DNA of 32,969 bases from Candidatus Taylorbacteria bacterium RIFCSPLOWO2_01_FULL_45_15b (GCA_001822655.1 MHRX01000010.1:4200-37168); one strand, 5' to 3'; counted from the stretch's first letter, positions 16,910-24,966 are shown. The notes: a model not told the origin generated them from the sequence alone. Program-made: numbers and translations.

Positions 16910-18493
16910 ATGCTTTGGGCTGATTCAATAGCAGAAAACGCAAAAGACCGATTTGCAGAAAAAATCAGAGAGGGGAAACCCTTGATTATTCGTGATGAAA
17001 AAACCGCCTCTGGCAGAGTGCATGTTGGTTCTCTTCGGGGCGTGGCTATTCATGGACTTGTTAGCGAAGCGCTGACCGACCTCAATGTTTCAAATGCATT
17101 TCTTTTCGAGATCAATGACTTTGACCCCATGGATGGCTTGCCAGTCTATCTTGATCAAGAAAAATTCAGAAAGCATATGGGAAAACCGTTATGCAAAGTT
17201 CCTTCGCCTGACGAGAAATCATTAAATTATGCCGAATACTTCGCCGATGAATTTATCGATGTCATCAAAGAAGTCGGGTTTTCGCCGAATTTTTATCGAG
17301 CAAGCGAAATGTATTCGAGCGGGAGATTCAATAAAGCAATCGAGCAGGCTCTGAAAAAAGCTTCCGTTATTCGCGATATATATAAAAAAATTTCAGGCAC
17401 GGAACGACCAGATTCATGGCTCCCCATTTCCGTAATATGCGAAAATTGCGGAAAAATAGGGACAACAAAAGCCACCGATTTTGACGGCATGACTGTCCGC
17501 TATGAATGCGGAAACTTCGCCGCATGGGCAACCGGCTGTGGATCGTCCGGACGAGTTTCGCCATTTGACGGGAAAGCGAAGCTACCCTGGAAAGTCGAGT
17601 GGGCCGCCAAGTTCACGGTTCTTGACGTTGACATAGAGGGTGGGGGCAAAGATCACTCGACGCGGGGCGGGGCACGTGAAGTCGCCGACGCAATATCCCG
17701 CGAAGTCTATGACAGAGAGCCCCCGCTCAATATTCCTTATGAATTTTTTCTCGTGGGCGGTAAAAAAATGTCCTCATCAAAGGGAGAGGGGTCTTCTGCA
17801 AGGGAAGTCGCCAGTCTCCTACCACCCCACATGGTTCGTTTTCTCATGGCTTACAAAGAACCTACGAAAGTGATCGACTTCGTTCCTGACGGCGACACGA
17901 TTCCGACACTTTTTGATGCCTTTGATAAATATGCCGCGTCATTTTTTGCGGGAACTGCCGACGATTACGCAAGAACGATCGACATATCCTTGCCGTCCGA
18001 CAGCGCCTTTCGCGGAAAGCACCTCTTACCGCGTTTTTCTCTCGTCAGCTATTTGACGCAGATGCCTCATAAGAATATAGAAAAAGAAATTGCGTCCTTT
18101 TATGAAACAAAACTAAATCTGGTAGATATACAAGAACTCAATCTTCGAGAAAAATATGCGAAATATTGGCTTTCAACATGGGCTCCGGAAGATTACAAAT
18201 TCGAAATTCAGGACAAGCTTCCAGAAGAAGCACTCCTGTTTAATGAAATGCAGAAGAAGACCCTGGGCGACCTTTCGGAATACTTTCAAACCCATAATAA
18301 TCTCTCCGGGCCAGTCATCCACGCTAAGCTTCACGATTTTAAATCCGCGTCACATCTTTCGCCAACTGATTTTTTTTCAATGATCTACATTTCGATACTT
18401 GGAAAGAGTCATGGTCCAAAAGCAGGCTGGTTTTTGTCTGTTCTCGACAGAGACTTCCTAATTCGGCGTTTTAAGGAAGCCTCGCAACAGTAA
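16910..18493 (+). CDS. lysK: lysine--tRNA ligase, class I
   Basis: 527 aa. It has a HIGH-type motif (SGRVHVGSLRG) and a KMSKS-type motif (KKMSSSKG). Length and layout fit class I (archaeal-type) LysRS rather than class II. Confidence 0.85.
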   Translation: MLWADSIAENAKDRFAEKIREGKPLIIRDEKTASGRVHVGSLRGVAIHGLVSEALTDLNVSNAFLFEINDFDPMDGLPVYLDQEKFRKHMGKPLCKVPSPDEKSLNYAEYFADEFIDVIKEVGFSPNFYRASEMYSSGRFNKAIEQALKKASVIRDIYKKISGTERPDSWLPISVICENCGKIGTTKATDFDGMTVRYECGNFAAWATGCGSSGRVSPFDGKAKLPWKVEWAAKFTVLDVDIEGGGKDHSTRGGAREVADAISREVYDREPPLNIPYEFFLVGGKKMSSSKGEGSSAREVASLLPPHMVRFLMAYKEPTKVIDFVPDGDTIPTLFDAFDKYAASFFAGTADDYARTIDISLPSDSAFRGKHLLPRFSLVSYLTQMPHKNIEKEIASFYETKLNLVDIQELNLREKYAKYWLSTWAPEDYKFEIQDKLPEEALLFNEMQKKTLGDLSEYFQTHNNLSGPVIHAKLHDFKSASHLSPTDFFSMIYISILGKSHGPKAGWFLSVLDRDFLIRRFKEASQQ

Positions 18494-18514
18494 GATGGCT
18501 TCGGGTGGCTAGAA

Positions 18515-18547
18515 AATAAACCTGGGGAAACAGGTTTATTTTTATTT
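18515..18547 (+). terminator. rho-independent terminator after lysK
   Basis: A 10-bp stem AATAAACCTG / CAGGTTTATT with loop GGGAAA, followed by TTTATTT. Confidence 0.7.
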
Positions 18548-18598
18548 ACGTCGATTCTGTGTTGTGATCATTTCTCGCTCATTTTAGGGCATATTCAT

Positions 18599-18663
18599 GT
18601 GGATAACTATGTAGCGTCGTGGTATGAAGTGTAATAAAATGTTGCTATGTGGGATGAAGTGGT
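18599..18663 (+). promoter_or_regulatory. putative MraZ operator: GTGG/GTGT boxes in 10-bp phase
   Basis: GTGGA starts at 18599, GTGGT at 18619, GTGTA at 18629, GTGGG at 18649 and GTGGT at 18659. All five share one 10-bp register, about 150-215 bp upstream of mraZ. Confidence 0.55.
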
Positions 18664-18814
18664 ATAAAAGCTTTTCCCACGAACACGTATGAAAATAAAA
18701 CGAAAAATTGTGCGTGAGAAAAAGGGAAAAGCAATTTTTTTCAGAGTCGTGCTCTTTATGTCGGGTCTCAAACTTCGCGAGCCTGTTCTCGTTCCGGTTA
18801 AAAATCGTTAACAC

Positions 18815-19249
18815 ATGCTGATCGGAGAATACACGCATGTGCTTGACGAAAAAAAACGTGTATCGTTGCCTGCAAAGTTCCGCAAGGAACTCGGCAGAAA
18901 AATAGTGATTACGCACGGACTTGATAACTGCCTCTTTGTTTACCCAATGAAAAGTTGGGAAAAAGTCTCGGAAAAACTTGGAGCACTATCAATGGGAAAA
19001 TCGGAGACGCGCGGATTCAACCGTTTTATGCTCGCAGGAGCCGTTGAGGCGGAGGTTGACAATATCGGACGAATTCTCATACCAGATTTTCTGAAAGAGT
19101 TTGCGAGTCTGAATGGCAAAGTAGTGTTTGCAGGTATTCATGACCGAGTTGAAATCTGGAACGAGGCAAGATGGACACAATACAAAGCGCGCGTTGAAAA
19201 GGATGCGGATCGGTTGGCGGAGCAGTTGGGAAGTATAGGAGTCATTTAG
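18815..19249 (+). CDS. mraZ: transcriptional regulator MraZ
   Basis: 144 aa with a duplicated SpoVT/AbrB-like module. Typical features are present: LDEKKRVSLPAKFR, the second repeat DNIGRILIPDFL, and VEIWN. Confidence 0.93.
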   Translation: MLIGEYTHVLDEKKRVSLPAKFRKELGRKIVITHGLDNCLFVYPMKSWEKVSEKLGALSMGKSETRGFNRFMLAGAVEAEVDNIGRILIPDFLKEFASLNGKVVFAGIHDRVEIWNEARWTQYKARVEKDADRLAEQLGSIGVI

Positions 19250-19306
19250 TTTATTAGTTATAAAGTTTGTTAGTTATTAAGTTACAACCAATCAACTAAG
19301 AAACTA
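19250..19306. repeat. GTTAGTT-word hairpin spacer (copy b)
   Basis: It fills the mraZ-rsmH spacer. It contains AGTTTATTAGTTA (19248-19260) and AAGTTTGTTAGTT (19263-19275). The right arm AACCAATCAACTAAGAAACTAA is the imperfect complement. Confidence 0.7.
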
Positions 19307-20212
19307 ATGAACTCCACAACTAAACACATACCGGTTCTTTTAAAAGAAACAATAGACGGACTCAATCTTCGCCCCGGCGACACCGTTGTTGATGCGACAC
19401 TCGGCGGTGCGGGACACGCGCTCGAGATCGCAAAAAGATTCGGTCGCGATATTCATATCGTGGGCATTGACGTAGACGGCGCATCGCTCCGTCGAGCGGA
19501 GGTAAAACTTAAAAAAATCGGCGCGTTCTATAGCCTGATCCATTCAAATTTTCAAAATCTTGAAAGGATTCTCGGTGAAAAGGGCATTACACGAGTGCAG
19601 GGAATTTATTTCGATCTTGGTTGGTCAATCGACCAATTTGAATCAGGAGGACGGGGATTCTCTTTTCAAAAGGATGAGCCGCTCTCAATGACGCTCGGCG
19701 ATAATGCGGCTGACTACAAATTTAACGCGCATCAGATCGTGAACGAATGGGATGAAGAAAACCTAAGATCAATCATAGAATCCTACGGCGAAGAATCTCA
19801 CGCATATCGAATCGCAAAGGGTATTACAACAGCGCGCGCCAACGGCACTATTCGGACTTCCGGACAGCTTGCCGAAATCATTAATTCAAGCGTCCCTAAG
19901 TATTACACCTGGCGACGCATTCATCCGGCGACAAAGACATTTCAAGCAATCCGAATCACCGTAAACGACGAACTGAATGTTCTGAAATCAAGCCTCGGAT
20001 CAGCATATAACGTTTTGGAGTCAGGTCGCATGGTCGAAGTGATTAGCTTCCACAGTCTGGAAGACAGAATAGTCAAGCGGACTATGAGAGATTGGGACGA
20101 CGAAGAAAAAGGGAAAATGCTGACAAAGAGACCCATCACGGCTTCTAGTTGGGAAACAAATTTAAATCCGCGTTCTCGTAGCGCAAAACTTCGAATTTTT
20201 CAAAAAAAATGA
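19307..20212 (+). CDS. rsmH: 16S rRNA (cytosine1402-N4)-methyltransferase
   Basis: 301 aa. It has HIPVLLKE, the SAM site DATLGGAGH, DLGWS and SFHSLEDRIVK. Confidence 0.93.
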   Translation: MNSTTKHIPVLLKETIDGLNLRPGDTVVDATLGGAGHALEIAKRFGRDIHIVGIDVDGASLRRAEVKLKKIGAFYSLIHSNFQNLERILGEKGITRVQGIYFDLGWSIDQFESGGRGFSFQKDEPLSMTLGDNAADYKFNAHQIVNEWDEENLRSIIESYGEESHAYRIAKGITTARANGTIRTSGQLAEIINSSVPKYYTWRRIHPATKTFQAIRITVNDELNVLKSSLGSAYNVLESGRMVEVISFHSLEDRIVKRTMRDWDDEEKGKMLTKRPITASSWETNLNPRSRSAKLRIFQKK

Positions 20213-20550
20213 CACTAGAGTTTTTAAAAAATAATACAGACATTTCGGCCACGCGAAAAATCGTCGCGTGGACTCTCGGAATTATGCTTGTCGCTTTGGT
20301 GGCGGGCTATGTTTACTATATAAAAACAGCCATCTACAATATCGCCGAGGCAAGTCAGCTTGAATCGGATTCGGCCGAACTCTCCGGCCGTTTAAGCGAA
20401 CTTGAGTATAAATATATTTCATTAAAAAACGGCATCACCGAGGCAAGGGCGAGGGAACTAGGATTTGAACCTGTCGTATATCCGCAGTATGTAAAGAAGC
20501 CGCGTCCTCAATCATTACTTTCTCTCGACCAAAGAAATACCACGCGGTAA
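20209..20550 (+). CDS. ftsL: FtsL-like cell division protein
   Basis: 113 aa with a single TM segment (IVAWTLGIMLVALVAGYVYYI) followed by a coiled-coil. It lies between rsmH and ftsI, and its ATGA overlaps the rsmH stop codon. Confidence 0.5.
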   Translation: MTLEFLKNNTDISATRKIVAWTLGIMLVALVAGYVYYIKTAIYNIAEASQLESDSAELSGRLSELEYKYISLKNGITEARARELGFEPVVYPQYVKKPRPQSLLSLDQRNTTR

Positions 20551-20562
20551 TCTAGTCAACAA

Positions 20563-22275
20563 ATGCTCGGGCTTAAACATGCATGGCGAATATGGGTCAT
20601 GATGGCCATCATCTCTTTTTTCGCTGTTGTCATAATTGGCAAGCTATATCTTATTCAAATTGCAAACGCTGAAAAATATCGAGAAAAAGCCAATAAGCAG
20701 TATTTTGGCTCGACACCGTCGGAAAGTATTTCCAGAGGAACGATCTTCTTCCGAAGCAAGGACAACAGCTTGGTTTCGGCCGCGACGCTAAGAACGGGCT
20801 ACACGCTTGCCATCAGTCCGCCAACAGTTACCGACGCGAACAAAATTTACGAATCAATCAATGCAGTTGTTCCCATCAATGCTGATGATTTTTTTGCCAA
20901 AGCTGGTAAATCAGATGATCCTTACGAGGTAATTGCAAATCATGTTAGTGAAGATAATGCGCGCACTCTAAAAGAAGAAAATGTTAAAGGCATTATTTTG
21001 TCGGACGAGCGGTGGCGATATTACCCCGGCGACTCCCTTGGGGCTCACGCCGTCGGGCTCATAGCTTATCGAGAAGATGAGCTCGCTGGGCGGTACGGTC
21101 TTGAGAGATACTATGAGGACACTCTCAACCGCAAGGGTGAAAAATTATACAAAAACTTTTTTGCCGAAATCTTTACCAACATAAAAAAATCTGTTTCATC
21201 TGCCGACAATCATCGCGGCGACATCATTACCACGATTGAACCATCGGCTCAAATTTCTCTGCAAAAAGCGCTTCAAGCAGTGCAGAACAAATGGGATTCG
21301 AAGACTTCCGGCGGTATTGTTATCAATCCAAAAAATGGAGAAATTTACGCAATGGCCATTGAACCAACCTTCAATCCAAATGATTTATCAGCCGTTCGAG
21401 ATGCAACAATATTTTCGAATCCGATCATAGAGGACGTATTCGAGATGGGGTCGATAATAAAACCACTGACGATTGCCGCCGCAATGGATGCCGGATTTAT
21501 AACAGCAAGCACGACATACAACGACCGGGGATTTCTCGTCATTGATGAGTCGCGCATTTCAAATTTCGATGGAAAAGGCCGAGGCATCGTGTCTATGCAG
21601 GAAGTGTTGAGCCAGTCGCTGAATACCGGCGTAGCCTATGCTGTAACAAAGATGGGGAAAGACATATTCCGCGACTATCTGAAAAAGCTCGAGATCGGCG
21701 AGGAAACTGGAATTGACCTCCCAAATGAGGCGCACGGCCTCATTGCAAACCTCGACAGTCCCCGCGACATTGAATACGCTACAGCCTCATACGGCCAGGG
21801 CATAGCGCTCACTCCCATCGCAACAGTACGCGCACTGTCAACTCTAGCCAACGATGGAAAATTGCCAAATCCCCATCTCGTATCAAAAATTAATTATTCT
21901 ATCGGGTTTTCAAAAGCGACCAGCTTCCCAGAGGGAAAACAAGTCATAAAAGGAGAAACCGCCAAGGAGATAACGCGTATGCTCGTCGAAGTGGTTGATA
22001 CGGCGCTAAAAAACGGAGAAGTCAAAATGGAACACTACAGCATCGCGGCAAAGACGGGAACTGCCCAAGTCCCCAAAAAAGATAAAAAAGGCTACGAGGA
22101 AAACATATTTTTCCATTCATTTTTCGGATACTTTCCTGCATTCGACCCAAAGTTCCTTGTCTTTCTCTACACGATGGACCCTAAGGCTCGCTACGCCTCC
22201 GAGACTCTGACAGATCCATTTATTGACCTTACGAACTTTTTGATTAATTATTATGAAATTCCGCCGGACAGATGA
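20563..22275 (+). CDS. ftsI: penicillin-binding protein, FtsI/PBP3-type transpeptidase
   Basis: 570 aa with an N-terminal TM segment and a PBP dimerisation region. The motifs SxxK (GSIIK), SxN (SQSLN) and KTG (AKTGTAQ) are present, in dcw context. Confidence 0.85.
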   Translation: MLGLKHAWRIWVMMAIISFFAVVIIGKLYLIQIANAEKYREKANKQYFGSTPSESISRGTIFFRSKDNSLVSAATLRTGYTLAISPPTVTDANKIYESINAVVPINADDFFAKAGKSDDPYEVIANHVSEDNARTLKEENVKGIILSDERWRYYPGDSLGAHAVGLIAYREDELAGRYGLERYYEDTLNRKGEKLYKNFFAEIFTNIKKSVSSADNHRGDIITTIEPSAQISLQKALQAVQNKWDSKTSGGIVINPKNGEIYAMAIEPTFNPNDLSAVRDATIFSNPIIEDVFEMGSIIKPLTIAAAMDAGFITASTTYNDRGFLVIDESRISNFDGKGRGIVSMQEVLSQSLNTGVAYAVTKMGKDIFRDYLKKLEIGEETGIDLPNEAHGLIANLDSPRDIEYATASYGQGIALTPIATVRALSTLANDGKLPNPHLVSKINYSIGFSKATSFPEGKQVIKGETAKEITRMLVEVVDTALKNGEVKMEHYSIAAKTGTAQVPKKDKKGYEENIFFHSFFGYFPAFDPKFLVFLYTMDPKARYASETLTDPFIDLTNFLINYYEIPPDR

Positions 22276-22353
22276 GTTAGTTTAAAAGTTTAGAAGTTTG
22301 TTAGTTTGTTAGTCTCGCCTTTCAACTAATAAACTATATAACTAAACAACTTC
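22276..22353. repeat. GTTAGTT-word hairpin spacer (copy c)
   Basis: It fills the ftsI-murF spacer. It contains AAGTTTGTTAGTT (22294-22306, identical to 19263-19275). AACTAATAAACT (22324-22335) is the reverse complement of AGTTTATTAGTT. Confidence 0.7.
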
Positions 22354-23661
22354 ATGCGATCCATATTCAAAAAAATCATTTCTAAATTACTTGAAATCGA
22401 AGCTCGTCTCGTCTTGCGCAAATACAAACCTCGCATCATTGGCATCACCGGAAGCGTGGGCAAAACCTCGACTAAAGACGCGGTATTTGCGGCGATTTCT
22501 TCACATTTTCATGCCAGAAAAAGCGAGAAGAGTTTCAACAGCGACATAGGCATCCCTCTGACAATAATCGGTCTCCAAAACGCTTGGAGTAATCCTCTAA
22601 AGTGGATGGCAAATATAATATCAGGCCTTTCGGTAATTCTTTTTCGCGGTGACTATCCCAAATGGTTAATCCTTGAGATCGGGGCTGACAGACCTGGGGA
22701 CATTAGCCGCGTCGCCAAGTGGCTGAAGCCAGATATAGTCGTAATTACGCGTTTTGGCAGTGTACCGGTACATGTTGAATTTTTCCCATCGCGCAGAGAT
22801 CTAATCGCTGAAAAAGGAAAACTTGTCGAATTTATGAAAGATGGAGGAAATCTCATCGTAAACGCTGATGACGAAGATTCGTTCGCCATGACAAAACTAA
22901 CCCGCAACAAATATACCGCGTACAGCCTTGGCGGCACCGGCGCGGTCGTCGGTTCACACGAAGGAATTTACTACGAAAAGAATTTAAATGGCCAGGATAT
23001 ACCCGCCGGCACCACATTCAAAGTGAGCTACGGCGGCAATTGCTTGCCCGTGATTCGAAGAGGCGTCCTTGGCATTCAACACATATATCCAACGCTTGCC
23101 GCAATCGCTACGGGACTGACACTAGGCATCAATCTAGTAGAAATAGGGACATCACTGGAGCAGGATTTTATCACACCCGGGCGTATGCGACTTCTCGACG
23201 GAATCAAAGAAACATACATAATCGATGACTCGTACAATTCATCTCCAGTTGCACTGCATGAAGCTATTCGGGTGCTCGGCGAAATCAAAATTAAAAGAGC
23301 CAGAAAAATCGCCGTCCTCGGCGACATGCTCGAACTTGGGAAATATTCGGTGGAAGAACACAAGAGCGCCGGCGAAAAAGTCGCGCGCGTCGCAAAAATT
23401 CTCATTACCGTGGGAGTGCGAGCACGCTACATCGCCGAGGGTGCGCTAAACGGCGGAATGAATGAGGCGTGTATTTTTCAATATGAGGATTCGCGTAGCG
23501 CGGGAAAATTTCTCGATACCATAATAAAAAGGAATGACATTGTGCTCATCAAAGGTTCACAGTCGATCAGAATGGAACAAATCGTTGAAGACCTAATGGC
23601 AAATCCAGAGGAAAAAGAAAAACTTCTTGTGCGGCAAGATGCGGATTGGAAAGATCGCTAA
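22354..23661 (+). CDS. murF: UDP-N-acetylmuramoyl-tripeptide--D-alanyl-D-alanine ligase
   Basis: 435 aa. It has the P-loop GITGSVGKTSTKD, IIDDSYNSSP and the Mur ligase C-terminal domain (LGDMLELG). Confidence 0.88.
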   Translation: MRSIFKKIISKLLEIEARLVLRKYKPRIIGITGSVGKTSTKDAVFAAISSHFHARKSEKSFNSDIGIPLTIIGLQNAWSNPLKWMANIISGLSVILFRGDYPKWLILEIGADRPGDISRVAKWLKPDIVVITRFGSVPVHVEFFPSRRDLIAEKGKLVEFMKDGGNLIVNADDEDSFAMTKLTRNKYTAYSLGGTGAVVGSHEGIYYEKNLNGQDIPAGTTFKVSYGGNCLPVIRRGVLGIQHIYPTLAAIATGLTLGINLVEIGTSLEQDFITPGRMRLLDGIKETYIIDDSYNSSPVALHEAIRVLGEIKIKRARKIAVLGDMLELGKYSVEEHKSAGEKVARVAKILITVGVRARYIAEGALNGGMNEACIFQYEDSRSAGKFLDTIIKRNDIVLIKGSQSIRMEQIVEDLMANPEEKEKLLVRQDADWKDR

Positions 23662-23865
23662 GCAATCGGACAGTAAATTCGCTCCCCAAATACTCAAATT
23701 TTATTCTGACATTCTTGAGAACATTAGAATAAAAAATCACGCAGTAAAGATGCGCCTGAATCGAGCCTGATTCTGAAACCCGCAAGCCCGCCTTCGGTTA
23801 TTTTTGTGCGCCTTTCTTCTCTCGCTTCGACATAATGAAAACAAATACCCATGTCAATACATCAA

Positions 23866-23890
23866 CAAAAAAATCGGCCGAGGCCGATTT
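23866..23890 (-). terminator. rho-independent terminator for the 140-aa minus-strand ORF
   Basis: On the minus strand: AAATCGG CCTCGG CCGATTT, followed by a T-run (plus-strand A-run 23866-23873). Confidence 0.55.
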
Positions 23891-23894
23891 ACTT

Positions 23895-24317
23895 CTAATC
23901 TTTTAAGTCCATCCACATCTCATCCATCACTTCAGCTTCCGTGGGTGATTGAATCGTCGGTTTAGAATTTAAAAAAACAACTCCGAAGAAAAAAGTGTCG
24001 TTTCGAATCATATATCGAGCTCTAATAGCTCCGTCGTAAAATCCGACGCGCCTCACAATTATTCCCCGAGACGTTTTCAGCATTCGTGCTACTGCTTTCA
24101 TCCTGGGGGTCGCCATATTACTCAATTCCGTACTTGGCACACCAGCTTCATGAGTTGACGTTTCCCAGAGTCTTTTGAGTGCTTCGTCCGTAAGATAATC
24201 ACGGATCTTGCCCTCAACATCAACAAACATCGCATCGCTTGCACTGTGCAATACAAGCAAACATCTCGGCAAATAATCCGCCAATTCTATACCCGGTCTC
24301 ATTTCAGACTCAATCAT
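23895..24317 (-). CDS. hypothetical protein
   Basis: A 140-aa ORF with its own terminator, divergent from the tRNA locus. No motif recognised. Confidence 0.45.
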   Translation of the reverse strand: MIESEMRPGIELADYLPRCLLVLHSASDAMFVDVEGKIRDYLTDEALKRLWETSTHEAGVPSTELSNMATPRMKAVARMLKTSRGIIVRRVGFYDGAIRARYMIRNDTFFFGVVFLNSKPTIQSPTEAEVMDEMWMDLKD

Positions 24318-24460
24318 AAAGATGCCTTTCCATTCGAGACTCTATGCATATTTAGCTCACCTGTCAATGAGTAGCGAATTTACAATACTCGTCGCAATGG
24401 AGACGACGCAAAACACGGCGCTAATTTCGATTTTTTAAAAATAATGGTATGCTTTTTTTG

Positions 24461-24503
24461 CTTAGATTCTTATTCTAGATTCGATATTCTAGATTCCAGA
24501 TTC
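24461..24503. repeat. AGATTC / 14-bp tandem repeat
   Basis: TATTCTAGATTCGA (24471-24484) and TATTCTAGATTCCA (24485-24498) are tandem, with partial units on both sides. AGATTC starts at 24464, 24477, 24491 and 24498. Confidence 0.8.
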
Positions 24504-24518
24504 TATGTCAACGGCTAA

Positions 24519-24568
24519 AACAATTCGCAGCGAATTGTTCGCCCGAACATTTTGTCGAACAAAATGTT
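24519..24568 (+). other. two adjacent perfect hairpins with 3-nt loops
   Basis: The first is AACAATTCG, loop CAG, CGAATTGTT (24519-24539). The second is AACATTTTGT, loop CGA, ACAAAATGTT (24546-24568). They lie immediately 5' of the tRNA-like element. Confidence 0.7.
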
Positions 24569-24572
24569 TTAG

Positions 24573-24637
24573 GGCACTATCGTCTATCGGCTAGGACATC
24601 GCCGTCGAAAGGTGAGGAATGGGTTGGGACCCGTTCC
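24573..24637 (+). pseudogene. tRNA-like 5' half (Glu-type acceptor and D arm, anticodon-like arm, long hairpin) with no T-arm
   Basis: Positions 24577-24598 are identical (22/22) to 24775-24796 of tRNA-Glu. A 5-bp stem TCGCC/GGTGA carries a 7-nt loop GTCGAAA with U33 and A37 in place, which would read as anticodon CGA. A 9-bp hairpin follows at 24616-24637. No canonical T-arm or 3' acceptor strand follows directly. Confidence 0.4.
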
Positions 24638-24770
24638 GCAAGACCTTTTGAGATATAATTGAGCCTGCGAAATTTTATCCAAAGAGTGTACTGGTCCTGT
24701 AAAGATGCGAGCAGGTGATATAAGATAATAGAATATGCGGCCCTATCGGTTGTGATAGGTGCCTGTGGAC

Positions 24771-24842
24771 GGCCCTATCGTCTATCGGCTAGGACACAGC
24801 CTTCTCAAGGCTGGAAGCAGGGTTCAATTCCCTGTAGGGTCA
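24771..24842 (+). tRNA. tRNA-Glu (anticodon CTC)
   Basis: A manual cloverleaf of 72 nt. The acceptor stem is GGCCCTA/TAGGGTC. The D stem is GTCT/GGAC. The anticodon stem is CAGCC/GGCTG with loop TTCTCAA (CTC at 24804-24806). The variable region is 4 nt. The T stem is CAGGG/CCCTG with loop TTCAATT. The discriminator is A, and no CCA is encoded. Confidence 0.85.
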
Positions 24843-24940
24843 AAATACGAAAAAATACTGAACTGCTTCAATATTTTCTGAAAATTTGAAGACGGAGTGT
24901 TGTTTTGTCAGCAGGCAAAACCGCGAGTCCGAGGCTGGAA

Positions 24941-24966
24941 AATTTCCGTCTGACGAGACGGAAATT
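24941..24966. repeat. 11-bp perfect hairpin
   Basis: AATTTCCGTCT, loop GACG, AGACGGAAATT. Confidence 0.7.

Noticed and set aside
18584-18916. A 110-aa minus-strand ORF upstream of and overlapping mraZ.
   Set aside because: It overlaps the mraZ start and the phased GTGG box array. Its composition (His/Phe/Cys-rich) is not protein-like, so the region is better explained as the mraZ regulatory region.
15574-22353. Whether the repeated GTTAGTT-type words could be a CRISPR array.
   Set aside because: The copies are short, degenerate words arranged as inverted arms in separate intergenic spacers kilobases apart. They are not regularly spaced direct repeats with unique spacers, and no cas genes are present in the window.
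24598-24770. A group I intron interrupting a tRNA at the anticodon loop.
   Set aside because: The intervening segment is only about 120-150 nt, which is too short for a group I core. No T-arm precedes the putative 3' acceptor strand. The AATTGAGCC string resembles the start of trnL introns, but that alone is not diagnostic.
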